Assembly: GCA_965228855.1 (NCBI GenBank)
Contig: CBDDIJ010000002.1
Location: 512,001 to 576,000 of the forward strand
Length of the DNA: 64,000 nucleotides
DNA from: Candidatus Obscuribacterales bacterium
GTDB lineage: Bacteria; Cyanobacteriota; Vampirovibrionia; Obscuribacterales; Obscuribacteraceae
Reading direction: 5' to 3'
The notes beneath the pieces are model-generated. The model was not told the origin of the DNA and did no database searches. It was given only the letters and a program-made list of their open reading frames with translations. Made by a program: the position numbers and the translations under genes. Below, in pieces: positions 1 to 10,184 of the stretch; within the stretch, counting starts at the first letter, position 1; each line of letters opens with the position of its first letter.

Positions 1-208
1 TCGTTGTAGTGGTCGTTGTTTTGCTGTCGACAGCAGAGCGAACCGGTTTGATACTACCTGTGGTACCAGCAGCCGGCGGCGGTATGTTCTTGCCATAATC
101 GGTGACGTATTGAGACTGCGACAATGCTGCGCGAGGCACCAGCGAGATTGTGATCGCAACCAGCGAAATCACTGAGAATAATCTGCGAGATCTGGAAACT
201 TGTAGCAT
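1..208 (-). CDS. Secreted hypothetical protein, 5' part only (runs off the window edge)
   Basis: ATG at 208 on the minus strand reads MLQVSRSRRLFSVISLVAITISLVPRAALSQSQYVTDYGKNIPPPAAGTTG... with no stop before position 1. The N-terminus is signal-peptide-like. It is absent from the ORF track because it is truncated. Confidence 0.6.
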   Translation of the reverse strand, partial: MLQVSRSRRLFSVISLVAITISLVPRAALSQSQYVTDYGKNIPPPAAGTTGSIKPVRSAVDSKTTTTTT

Positions 209-523
209 GGTCGCAAAACCTTTCGATAGGGGCAGGGCGGATAGTAAGAGTACAACTGATCAGCGCCATTATAAGGTCTTGGCCTGCGTTTTGCAGAAAA
301 GGTCAAAGGATGTTTTACTATATCCTTTCGTAACTCCTAAAAACAAAAAACGAGGACTGACCAGCGTTTCGCTGCGTCCTCGTTTCCAAGACCAGAGCAA
401 ATGCCCGCCCCTCGAAAAGAAAGCAATCGGCTAAGTTCGTCAAGCAATTGCTAACAAGAACCGGTCTAGCAGCTCGCTTCCGAGCATCGTTCCGGCTCTC
501 GACGAGCACACTAGGACGAAGCC

Positions 524-826
524 CTACTTCTTCTCCAGCATCTGTTTTCTCAGACGCCAACCAGAGCGAAAAACGAACCCACCCATAATGGCGAAACCCC
601 AGCCGAGCAGGTAGGTGAGGAGCCGGCGCTCATCGATGAAGGCGTGAGCAAGGATTCCATCCAGCCCGAGCGCGATGTACGAAACACCGGCGAAAAGTTT
701 CGCCAGATAATTCGTCTTTGGTTCGCCGCCGCTCAAACTGGAGAACCAGTTGAACAATCCAAGAAGAGCGGTGACGAATGCGATGGCAGACAGGGTCAGC
801 AAAGCGGGAACTACATAATCAATCAT
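524..826 (-). CDS. Small membrane protein (about 3 hydrophobic segments)
   Basis: 100-aa ORF with three hydrophobic stretches; GGAG RBS-like sequence upstream. Confidence 0.6.
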   Translation of the reverse strand: MIDYVVPALLTLSAIAFVTALLGLFNWFSSLSGGEPKTNYLAKLFAGVSYIALGLDGILAHAFIDERRLLTYLLGWGFAIMGGFVFRSGWRLRKQMLEKK

Positions 827-1117
827 AACCAGGACTCCAGGCTAAGTGATGTCACGCTGGCGCAGATGCGCAAGCGGACGAGAGGCGCGATAGCTGTTTC
901 CAAATCAGCCAGCAATCGCGTTTTTCAGATGAGTTTCACTCCATCGTCAAATCCGAAAAGGTCAAACCGAACGCGCACGACCATCCGTAAATGGCGGCAG
1001 TTCTCTCTGAGTAGTGCAGTGGCAGCGCGCGGTTCTTAAATTCAGAAATGAATAAGAAGCAATGCCTGACCCTAACAATCACAAAAGTCGGTTCTCAAGA
1101 CATACGTGTTTAATAAA

Positions 1118-2116
1118 TCAGGATTTGACGGTCTGAGCGCTCAGGAAGGCATCTAGCTCGGCTTTCGTGGGCAGCGCCGGTATCGCTCCAGGCTTAGTAC
1201 AGGCTAGCGCGCCAATCGCATTGGCTCTATGGATGATTGACAGCATTTGCTCCTGAGAAAGCGCGTCGAGTGCCGCTCTTCGGTTCGCCGTCCCTTTTAT
1301 GTGCTCTAACAACCCACCCAGAACTCCGGCGTTGAAGCCATCTCCGGCACCAGTCGCCTCTACCAACTTCACTGAGAATCCCGGAACAATCTTAGAACCG
1401 TTGGCGGTAGAAATGTAGGCGCCACGTGAGTCGAGCGTGACAATCATCAAACCGATGTTGTTCTCCTTCCTCAGTTTATCCGCTTCGCCGTGATCGCGAG
1501 AACCGGTTAGAAACTGAAGTTCGTCCTCATTGATTTTAACGATATCGCCCCAGTGAAGAGTCTTCAAAATCGCATCTCGACATGCCGACTCCGATGGCCA
1601 GAGGCTGAGACGCACGTTAGGATCGTAAGAGGCAAGCATACCGTTTTCCCTGGCCATTCGAACAGCCTTTTCAGTGCTCGATTTAGCAGGCTCCTCAATC
1701 AACGAAATCGAACCAAAATGCAGTATGGAGGCTTTAGCAAACTGCTCAGCATCAAGGTCTTCTTCACGAAGGCGTGTATCGGCGCAAGCGATTCGCGAGA
1801 ACTCTGCCAGTTTTCTATCACCGTTCGCCATGGTGACGACGTAGGCCATCCGCGTCTGAGCCTGACTATCCTCGATTGTCATTGAGACGTCGATATCGTT
1901 TTCCGACAATACAGCTTTTAGCCATTCACCAAACGCGTCTTTTGAAACTCGACCGATGAAGCCCGTCTTAATTCCCTGTCTTGCTAAACCGACTGCAGTG
2001 TTCGCCGGTGCGCCCCCCGGAGCTTTCGTGAACTGTGTCGACTGCGGCAGCTCTGCGCCGACGGTCGTGCAGACCCAGTCTACGAGTATCTCTCCGAGGC
2101 AAAGGACATCAGACAT
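1118..2116 (-). CDS. PfkB-family carbohydrate kinase (fructokinase-like)
   Basis: GEILVD, PGGAPANTAVGLARQG, YDPNVR, KINEDE and EATGAGDGF PfkB signatures. Confidence 0.93.
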   Translation of the reverse strand: MSDVLCLGEILVDWVCTTVGAELPQSTQFTKAPGGAPANTAVGLARQGIKTGFIGRVSKDAFGEWLKAVLSENDIDVSMTIEDSQAQTRMAYVVTMANGDRKLAEFSRIACADTRLREEDLDAEQFAKASILHFGSISLIEEPAKSSTEKAVRMARENGMLASYDPNVRLSLWPSESACRDAILKTLHWGDIVKINEDELQFLTGSRDHGEADKLRKENNIGLMIVTLDSRGAYISTANGSKIVPGFSVKLVEATGAGDGFNAGVLGGLLEHIKGTANRRAALDALSQEQMLSIIHRANAIGALACTKPGAIPALPTKAELDAFLSAQTVKS

Positions 2117-2344
2117 TATCTACTCCGTTTCCGTTCTCAGACTGAACGACTTCTTTTTTCGCGCCCACGAAACATCGCCGGCCACAATCACTGTCGGTCG
2201 AATGTTACCAGGGATATACCCCGATTGTGAACCGCACACCAGTCTCTCTACTATATGCCGCCATGATTTGTTTCTAGTAATTTCACTTAAACGGCGGGCA
2301 TTTCAGACGATTTCTACGTTCTGTCATCTCAGAAAAACTGCTTC

Positions 2345-2396
2345 TGTCTACGAGACGTTGCCGCTTTTCGCGAAATTCGTCATCGTCTCGTAGACA
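2345..2396. repeat. 52-bp dyad element, copy 1
   Basis: tgtcta-cgagacgt-tgccg-cttttcgcgaaatt-cgtca-tcgtctcg-tagaca; CTACTATA at 2248, TATAGTAG at 2485 and 2511. Confidence 0.9.
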
Positions 2397-2534
2397 AGCG
2401 GGCAAATTTGCCTTGAGTCAGACCAGGTGGATGCTCGAAAGCACCACGGTTACTCATCAGCCGGAAAACACGGATACGCCCGAATATAGTAGTTAATTCT
2501 TACGCTCAAATATAGTAGTAAATTCTTCAAAAAT

Positions 2535-2574
2535 CAGAGAGCCTGGAGCTTGGGCAAGCATCCAGGACTCTCTG
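2535..2574 (-). terminator. Intrinsic terminator after the DUF218 gene
   Basis: Hairpin cagagag-cctgga...tccagg-a-ctctctg with an A-run at 2529-2533 (U-tract on the minus strand). Confidence 0.6.
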
Positions 2575-2625
2575 CAAAGCTATGGGTTATCGCGTCGCAA
2601 GTTTCTTTCTAAGCCTGGAACTTGT

Positions 2626-3192
2626 TCAGGCAGCTCGCTCTTTGTAAGCGGGAATCCGCTTGAGGAGCTTTTCCATGCACGCCGACAAATCTCCTGGATT
2701 GATATCCTCGAAGAATTCGCGTGCACGTATCATCGCTGCCGGAGCACCAGACTGTCGGTTTTCACGCGACCATTCCGGAGCTTCATGGGCCACGACTTTC
2801 CACTTAGGTCCAAGTACTTGTTCGAAGATGTACACCGCGCGTTCCATATGGAACGGCGAAGTGACCACGAACAGCGTACCCGGCTCCATGTGCTGGAGGT
2901 GGCGAGAGACGGTGAAGATGGCATTGCCGAAGGTGTCGAACGACTGATCCTCCAGCAAGACATCCTCACTCACTCCCTCAGCTTTGATGATTTCCGCCAT
3001 CACAGCGGCTTCGGTTTTTCCGTGCCCCGAAGTGTCACTCGGAGCGCGAGAACCTGACGCGATAAGCCTCATCGGTTGGCTTTTGACCAGGGCGGCCGCG
3101 GTTTTTGCCCGCAAAGCCGTCACCTCAGTCGCCGTACCGTCAGCTTTTAAACCACTGCCAAGCACGACGGCGACTGAGTTCTCGAACGACAT
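2626..3192 (-). CDS. YdcF/DUF218 (ElyC/SanA-like) family protein
   Basis: VVLGSG, IASG, EAAVMA, LEDQSFDTFGNA and VVTSPFHMERA motifs typical of DUF218. Confidence 0.88.
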   Translation of the reverse strand: MSFENSVAVVLGSGLKADGTATEVTALRAKTAAALVKSQPMRLIASGSRAPSDTSGHGKTEAAVMAEIIKAEGVSEDVLLEDQSFDTFGNAIFTVSRHLQHMEPGTLFVVTSPFHMERAVYIFEQVLGPKWKVVAHEAPEWSRENRQSGAPAAMIRAREFFEDINPGDLSACMEKLLKRIPAYKERAA

Positions 3193-3210
3193 GTCAGTGC
3201 TCGTCGATTC

Positions 3211-4131
3211 TCAGTCGGGGTCGGTGCTGCCGGTCGTCACAGGTCCAGTGCCGGTTTCCGGCTGAGCGTCGGAGACGCTGCCGCAACCGCACGAACTCGG
3301 AGCCGGAGCACCGCCCTTGTCGGCAGGGGAGGAAGGAGACGGAAGACCAAGACGAATCGCCCGGCGGCGCCGGCGAATCAAGCGGTTGAGAGCGCTCTCT
3401 TCGACGTCGAGCCAGTCCTTGCAGCGCATGGTCTCGAATCCGGTATTCTCGGGCAGCTTGTCGCTTGCCGAGGCCAGGCTGGTCTCCAGGGGCAAGTAAA
3501 CAAAGTTGGTCTTCGACAGCGCAGCACCGTCGGACCGGATGCTGTTGCCGACGAAAGCCGAGTAGTGGGGGCTGGCGTCCATGTCTTCGATGAACTGACC
3601 CACGAGGCCGGCCTTGTTCTCCTGCAGCGTGATGATGATGTCGTCGAAAACCGCCGACAGACCACCCTGCCGAATCTTGTACTTCTGCGCCTCACGGTTG
3701 CCGACGGTCACAGCCACAATCATGAAGTTGTGGCGCGCGCGCGTCAGCACCGGCAGCGCGTAGTCGAACAGCTCCGGAGGGTTGAAGAACGGGGCACGCC
3801 CGATGCGCTCGCAGATGTCGGCGACGAGCTTCTTGCGTCGAACCCCATTTTCACGGCAGAGCGCAGTGTAGGACTCGGCAATCGCCTGACCGAACTTTCC
3901 GCGCTCGAAGCCGCGATGGGGCATGGACCCGTAGTAAACCTGATTGAGCTTGGCCTCAGCCGCTTTGCGATTGAAACCGCAAAGGCTCATCAGCTCGGCA
4001 AACTCCTGAATCGCTCCGTCGAAATACTTCTGACAGACCATCACGGTACCGTCGATGTCGACGAAGAGAACAGCGAGTTTGCCATCTGGAGCGCACATGT
4101 TGCGATCCGGAGTATGACAGTTAGTCACCAT
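3211..4131 (-). CDS. HAD-superfamily hydrolase
   Basis: Motif I FVDIDGT, motif II VTVG, motif IV-like FVGNSIRSD; low-complexity C-terminal tail; AGAGG RBS. Confidence 0.8.
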   Translation of the reverse strand: MVTNCHTPDRNMCAPDGKLAVLFVDIDGTVMVCQKYFDGAIQEFAELMSLCGFNRKAAEAKLNQVYYGSMPHRGFERGKFGQAIAESYTALCRENGVRRKKLVADICERIGRAPFFNPPELFDYALPVLTRARHNFMIVAVTVGNREAQKYKIRQGGLSAVFDDIIITLQENKAGLVGQFIEDMDASPHYSAFVGNSIRSDGAALSKTNFVYLPLETSLASASDKLPENTGFETMRCKDWLDVEESALNRLIRRRRRAIRLGLPSPSSPADKGGAPAPSSCGCGSVSDAQPETGTGPVTTGSTDPD

Positions 4132-4647
4132 AGGTCACCTCTTCCGTTATCCGATGCGCCACACCAGCAAAACCGGCTTCGCAGCCCGTTTCACAATGGA
4201 GCGATGTATCGGTGATTCAGTTCGGACAATCAAACCGGAAAGATCACGGACGAACCAATACAAGCCACACGTTGTGCACCTGCCTTAGTTCTGGAATCCG
4301 AAAATACTTGTATTTACTGGCTTGATGTCTGAATCAAAAAAATAAGATTGTGTTTCAAACTTAAGGGCTCTCGTTCTACCACGTAAATCCAGTAGTCAAG
4401 AGCACCATATCTCAATGGCGGCTTTCCACAAAGGCAAAAATAAGCTGAGTACAGCGATTCGAAATATCCGTTGTTTCTCTCAGGGCTCGCAAACAGTCAA
4501 TCTTTATACCTGCGCGAGCTAGATTCTCATGACAAGCCGAGCTCCAAGCACAGCCTCGCTTTTAAGACTCTGAAACCTTGCGCTAACCAAGCAAAAACGA
4601 GCCCAAGTCAGGCTCGTTTTCAAGTGCAGTATGTCCCTTGTCCTGAC

Positions 4648-5313
4648 CTACGGCTTCGCAACCGCGTCTTTGTTGAAGGATGTGATGTTCGAAAGGAAGG
4701 CTTCGACCTCGTTCATATCGATTGGCTTATCATCTTCACTCGCTGCATACACTGTGACCGCCGCGTCCGGTGTCGGCAGTACGCAGCCCATGAAAGCCGG
4801 CGAGCGCTTACCAGTCGATTTATTTTCCGACATCCCGAGAATATAGGGCATCTCCATGCCGCCAACAGTGGTTTTACCTTTCTTCTCCACTTCGATTGTC
4901 GTCGTCGAGGACGATCCCCCTGCGCCAGGAGTCGAGACACCTCGCTCGGCAATCTGCTCCACGAGCTGGTCCGCAGATGTTACCTTCGAGTCGGAGTTCG
5001 GAACTTTAATTAGCATGTAAGTCGTCTTGGTGCTCTCGTTCTGCACCGCAACCATAGGCAGCATGCCGAACATGTCGAAACCGAAGGCGTACTTATATGG
5101 TGGTCCCAACTCCTTCATGGTGACCATCTTTGCGACGACTTTCTTCGCATTCTCAGGATCCATAGCCTTCTGCACTTCCTGGTAGCCAACGTAAAAAACC
5201 GTTCCGCACGTCGCCAAACACAGAACGAATCCGACAGCCATGATTCCAAGCAACCATTTGAGCCAGGTTGCGATGCCTTTGTTGTTGCGGCTTTGGCGTT
5301 GGCGTTTCATCAT
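4648..5313 (-). CDS. Membrane-anchored hypothetical protein
   Basis: Basic N-terminus, one TM helix with Cys (LCLATCG), soluble domain; start chosen at ATG 5313 after AAAAGG. Confidence 0.75.
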   Translation of the reverse strand: MMKRQRQSRNNKGIATWLKWLLGIMAVGFVLCLATCGTVFYVGYQEVQKAMDPENAKKVVAKMVTMKELGPPYKYAFGFDMFGMLPMVAVQNESTKTTYMLIKVPNSDSKVTSADQLVEQIAERGVSTPGAGGSSSTTTIEVEKKGKTTVGGMEMPYILGMSENKSTGKRSPAFMGCVLPTPDAAVTVYAASEDDKPIDMNEVEAFLSNITSFNKDAVAKP

Positions 5314-5871
5314 TGCACCTTTTCTTGAGAGGAGAAACAGACCTGATTTCCGTTTGCTCAGTTTATCATTCATATACACTTAATGCTTAACGGCAATATC
5401 GCAACAATTGGTCGCGAAACCCGTTTCACTAGCGCGAGCACTTAGCAACCGCGAGTGGTGGCAGATATATCTGTTCGATACGAAAAACACTTGCAGCGAT
5501 TCAAATGCGCATATCGGCTTGCAATAGGCAGAACCGCTTGAATTCTCGCCCTTAAACATTTGATTCAGTTTGTGCGCTAATCAGTGATCAAAAAGAAAAC
5601 GTAAACAGCAGGTTCGCGGTATTGATTTAGAGCGGCAAAACACCGTTCACTACTCTGGTAATTATTTCGAATCACTCTTGGAATTCCCGAACCAAAAACG
5701 TTCTGCGCCCCACGGAATCCAACTCCTTATCGAACTCAGCCTCTGACATCGAGGTGCAGTTAGATCGCCGTTTTGAAACCGACTCTCACAGAGCCGGTGG
5801 TGTGATTCGCGATGATTGCTCTGTCTTGCAGACTCTTCATGCTACTTCCAGACTTCCCAAGGAAAACAAAA

Positions 5872-6195
5872 ATGCAAGGCGTGACTGAACTCAACACTTC
5901 CAATTTCGACAGCACCGTGCTCCAGAGCTCCCAGCCGGTCATCGTCGATTTCTTCGCTACCTGGTGCGGCCCCTGCCGTCAGCTCAGCCCGCTTCTCGAG
6001 CGCCTTTCCGCCGAATACGCCGGACGTGTCACGATCGTGAAGGTCAATGCCGATTCCAGCATGGATCTGGCAGCGAAATACAACGTGAGCGGCTTGCCGA
6101 CACTGTTGTTCTTCAAGGATGGACAAGTGGTCGTGCGCAAGGCCGGTCTCGTCCCGCTCGGTGAACTGAAGCGAATTTGCGACTCGCTGCTCTAA
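5872..6195 (+). CDS. trxA: Thioredoxin
   Basis: WCGPC active site, VIVDFFA, GLPTLLFFKDG; ATG 5872 after AAGGA. Confidence 0.93.
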   Translation: MQGVTELNTSNFDSTVLQSSQPVIVDFFATWCGPCRQLSPLLERLSAEYAGRVTIVKVNADSSMDLAAKYNVSGLPTLLFFKDGQVVVRKAGLVPLGELKRICDSLL

Positions 6196-6224
6196 GCCGT
6201 TTCTCGTTCCGTTAAACCGTGGCC

Positions 6225-6260
6225 GCGGAGATGTCTACTTAAGTGGCATCTCCGCCTTTC
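6225..6260 (+). terminator. Intrinsic terminator after trxA
   Basis: gcggagatg...catctccgc stem followed by ctttc. Confidence 0.55.
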
Positions 6261-6403
6261 TGCTCGCGAGGAGACTCGCTTGTGATGCAAATTTACTTCA
6301 GAAAAGGAGACGAACATTTGATCGAATGCCGCACCAGATATGGTGCAAAGCTCGCATTACTGAGCGAAGCCTCTGGCAAAAACTAAAAACAGGGCTCATA
6401 ACA

Positions 6404-7585
6404 ATGAGAACAATTGCTCTGTTTCTCGCAGCTTTGACCTTAACTTTTGGATTCGCAGTCGAAACCCACGCTGACGATAAGGTCGCAACACCCGAAGACG
6501 CGAATAGCGTTTCCACCGCCCGGAAAGACTTGGAAACAGCCGCAGCTGACGCGAAGCTGAATCTGGCTCGTCTGCAAGAACGAATGAACGAGTTCGAATC
6601 CCGCGCCACCAATAGCGGTATCACCTCGAAACAAATTTCTGACAGCTATAGCCGCTTGACTGAGTTACTGGTCGCGACCGGCAACGGTCCGCACTTCGAC
6701 ACCGTGACACGCCAGCGGCTGGTCGAGCTGGTGATGCACAACATCGCTCGTCCGACTAAGATCGATCAGGGCGCACACCCGACCTGCAATGTCACCACGC
6801 TCGAAGTGTACACAGCGGCCCGACATCCCGACGTTTATGCCGACCTTGTTAAACAGGTAGCTCTGACGGGTGAGTACGCGACCCAGACCAAAGAAACCGT
6901 ACATATCCCGAAAGCTGCTTTGATGCCGGGCGATGACGAGAAAAGTTTCGACATGGATAAGCCGGCGTCCAACAAGCGAAATCACGCCAGTCAAATCATT
7001 CAGATGACATTCATCAACGGCGTGTATGAAACCGGTCGCTACCACTCGACCGATCATCAGGGCAAAAAGATTGACTGCACCGGTTATCGATATGTGATGG
7101 GTCCGCCCGTGAAAACCTGGTTTACGTTACCCGACGGAAACCGAGCGTTCACGACCGACGAAGATAAACTAATCGACGGCAACGGAAAGCAGATCCGCGA
7201 CAGTCAGGGGCAACTCTCTACGAGTCCAATCTTCATCGGAACCGATGTACTGGCTGCATCTGAGATGGTTCTCGGTTATAAGATGCCTTATTTGAACTCG
7301 CCTTACAAAGTCGAAAACCAACCGTGGGTCTTCGATTTACCGACAAAAGAGCGGCTTTTGAAATACAAGAAAGACGGTCAATTTCCGCTAGGCGTGCCGA
7401 CCCGGCGCGGTAACCACGTGCAAACCATTCACGACGTCATCGAAGAGAATGGAAACGTCTGGATCTTGATCGACAATCAACACGGCGAAAAAGAAGACGG
7501 TTGGATCACGCTCAGTGAGCTGCATAAAACAATGCAAGATGCAAACTATGATTTAAAAACGCGCAAAGAGCGACCGACAAAGTAA
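6404..7585 (+). CDS. Secreted protein, putative papain-fold (clan CA) cysteine peptidase
   Basis: Signal peptide MRTIALFLAALTLTFGFAVETHA; DQGAHPTC (Q-x5-C), GNHVQTI and WILIDNQHG echo papain QGSCGSC, NHAV and WIVKNSWG. The CDS is secure; the function is inferred. Confidence 0.7.
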   Translation: MRTIALFLAALTLTFGFAVETHADDKVATPEDANSVSTARKDLETAAADAKLNLARLQERMNEFESRATNSGITSKQISDSYSRLTELLVATGNGPHFDTVTRQRLVELVMHNIARPTKIDQGAHPTCNVTTLEVYTAARHPDVYADLVKQVALTGEYATQTKETVHIPKAALMPGDDEKSFDMDKPASNKRNHASQIIQMTFINGVYETGRYHSTDHQGKKIDCTGYRYVMGPPVKTWFTLPDGNRAFTTDEDKLIDGNGKQIRDSQGQLSTSPIFIGTDVLAASEMVLGYKMPYLNSPYKVENQPWVFDLPTKERLLKYKKDGQFPLGVPTRRGNHVQTIHDVIEENGNVWILIDNQHGEKEDGWITLSELHKTMQDANYDLKTRKERPTK

Positions 7586-7720
7586 CAAAGCGCCACCAGG
7601 ATTGGTGCTGAGATGACAATGAGTTTCTGACAGAGAGCCCGGGAGTCTACCAGCCATGCTTCTCCCCCTCTCGTCAAAGCGGCGCTTCTACTATACACGC
7701 TCGTTGAGTAAAACTGTCCG

Positions 7721-9943
7721 TCAATCCCGGAAAGAATCCTTTTCCAATCCAGCCTTTGCCGCCTTTTCGAAGTCCAGAACTTTTACCAGGAACGCGAATT
7801 TGTCGGTCCATTCCTCGATTATTTTGCTGGTCGGCTTTCCTGCGCCGTGTCCAGCACTCGTCTCGATCCTGATTAGAACGGGGTTGTCACCCTGATAGGC
7901 ATTTTGCAACGCGGCGGCAAATTTGAAACTATGCGCCGGAACTACTCGATCATCAGTATCGGCAGTAATAACCAGGGTTGCCGGATAGTCCTTTCCTGAC
8001 TTGATATTGTGCAAGGGTGAATAGGCAAGAAGCGTATCGAAATCATCAGCATTGTCGGCACTGCCATAGTCAGACACCCATCCCCAACCGATCGTGAATT
8101 TGTGGAAGCGCAACATGTCGAGCACACCGACCGTCGGACATGCCGCAGCAAACAAGTCGGGTCGCTGAGTCATACAAGCTCCAACGAGAAGCCCACCATT
8201 ACTCGCGCCGGCGATCGCCAGTTTTTTACTCGACGAGTATTTGTTGTCGACCAGCCACTCACCGCAGGCTATGAAGTCATCAAACACATTCTGCTTTTGC
8301 TTCTTCATTCCTCCCAAGTGCCACTTCTCACCGTACTCTCCGCCTCCACGCAGACAAGCCTGCGCGAACACTCCACCCATCTCCATCCATTCAATCAGCG
8401 CGACGGAAAAGGCCGGTCGCAACGCGTGATTAAAACCGCCGTAGCCGTATAAATAAGTCGGATTTTGGCCGTTCAATTCAATACCTTTGCGGTGAACGAT
8501 GAACAATGGCACCTTTGTTCCATCTTTACTCGTCACGAACACTTGCTTGGTCTCGAACATATCCGGGTCGAACTTGACGTTCGGTTTAAAGAAGAGTGTG
8601 CTTTTTCCAGACTCGATGTCGTATTTATAAATCTGAGGAGGAGTATTGAAACTGGTATATGTATAGTAGGTCTGCTTATCATCGCGACGCCCACCAAAAC
8701 CGCCTGCCGTGCCAATTCCCGGCAATTCAATCTTCCTGATTGTTTCACCACTGGTAGTGGCTTCTTCCATCTGCGTAAACGCGTCCTTTAAGTATCGACT
8801 GAAGAAACGTCCTCCTACATAGTTGACTTGCTCAAGAGTCTCGTCGCGCTCCGCAATAATCTCTTTGATTGCGACATCATCTCCATTCGATTTGCTGATG
8901 TCCACAGCAATAACGCGCCCTTTGGGGGCGTTCAAATCAGTCAAAAACCAGAAGGTGTTACCGTCGTTTCCAATAAAATTGTAACGAGCATCCATTTTGT
9001 TCAAAAGTTCGACAACTTTGGAATCAGGCTTGGTCAGGTCTTTATAGAAGACGCGATTTTTCGGCTCCGTTCCCTTCCACACCTGGATGATGAGAAACTT
9101 CCCGTCATCGCTTACGGTTCCATCAAAACCCCATTCTTTTTGATCCTTGCGTTCGTAAACTAGCTGATCCTCCTCTTGCTTGGTTCCAAGCTTATGGAAG
9201 TAGAGCTTCTGGAAGTAATTACGATCTTCGAGTTTCGTATCCTCGTTGGGTTTGTCATAGCGGCTGTAGTAGAAACCGGCACCATCAGCGGTCCACGACG
9301 CGTTGGAAAATTTCACCCATTCGAGTTTGTCTTCCAGATCTTTGCCGGTTTCAACGTCGCGAACATACCATTCTTGCCAGTCAGAGCCTGACTTCGAAAT
9401 GCCGTACGCTAATTTCTTAGCGTCACGCGTCAACTCCAACCCAGCTAGCGCGACTGTTCCATCCTTGGAAAGCGTGTTGGGGTCAAGGAGAACACGAGCC
9501 TCTGCATTCTCATTGTCTTTCACATAGACGACATCTTGATTTTGGAGTCCGCTGTTTTTGAAGTAAAACAGCTTGCCGCCCTCGAGAAACGGCGTCGCGT
9601 ATTTTTCGTAGTTCCACAATTCTTTCAGTCGCTTGTTTATCTCAGGCCTGATACTAACTGAATCTATAAACGACCTGGTCACTTTATTTTCTTCGTCGAT
9701 CCACTGCCTCGTCTCTTTTGTATGAGGATCTTCCAGCCACCGATAGGGATCTTCAATCTTTTTGCCGTGGTATAGATCGACATGATCGATTCGTTTCGCC
9801 TGGGGATAGGTAAGTTTTTGCGACTGTTTAGTTTCCATGCTACTTGACTCTGATTGGGCTGCTAAAGGACTTTGCGCAGTCGCTAATAGCAACGCGCCGG
9901 ACAAAATTGACAATGACAGCGAAATGCATCTACGTCTATCCAC
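7721..9943 (-). CDS. Prolyl oligopeptidase (peptidase S9A), secreted/periplasmic
   Basis: DPYRWLED, GASNGG (catalytic Ser), DDRVVPAHSFKF (Asp), AGHGAGKP (His); N-terminal signal peptide. Confidence 0.96.
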   Translation of the reverse strand: MDRRRCISLSLSILSGALLLATAQSPLAAQSESSSMETKQSQKLTYPQAKRIDHVDLYHGKKIEDPYRWLEDPHTKETRQWIDEENKVTRSFIDSVSIRPEINKRLKELWNYEKYATPFLEGGKLFYFKNSGLQNQDVVYVKDNENAEARVLLDPNTLSKDGTVALAGLELTRDAKKLAYGISKSGSDWQEWYVRDVETGKDLEDKLEWVKFSNASWTADGAGFYYSRYDKPNEDTKLEDRNYFQKLYFHKLGTKQEEDQLVYERKDQKEWGFDGTVSDDGKFLIIQVWKGTEPKNRVFYKDLTKPDSKVVELLNKMDARYNFIGNDGNTFWFLTDLNAPKGRVIAVDISKSNGDDVAIKEIIAERDETLEQVNYVGGRFFSRYLKDAFTQMEEATTSGETIRKIELPGIGTAGGFGGRRDDKQTYYTYTSFNTPPQIYKYDIESGKSTLFFKPNVKFDPDMFETKQVFVTSKDGTKVPLFIVHRKGIELNGQNPTYLYGYGGFNHALRPAFSVALIEWMEMGGVFAQACLRGGGEYGEKWHLGGMKKQKQNVFDDFIACGEWLVDNKYSSSKKLAIAGASNGGLLVGACMTQRPDLFAAACPTVGVLDMLRFHKFTIGWGWVSDYGSADNADDFDTLLAYSPLHNIKSGKDYPATLVITADTDDRVVPAHSFKFAAALQNAYQGDNPVLIRIETSAGHGAGKPTSKIIEEWTDKFAFLVKVLDFEKAAKAGLEKDSFRD

Positions 9944-10184
9944 GCACGCTCATCCTCCGGAGATACTCGCGCTAAATCATATCTCGTTTGGATATCAATT
10001 GCTTTTAAAAGCCCATCGCAAGACTTGATGTATATCTTTTCAACAGTTAAACCCCCAGCGCGCGCCGTTTATCACAACGAAAAATGACCGCAGCGCCGAA
10101 TTTTCATTGAGTTTTTAGCGAAGATAGACGATAATTTCATCGTTCGAGGCGTCCCGTATCGTCGATGTTTTAACGATCGAAAGC

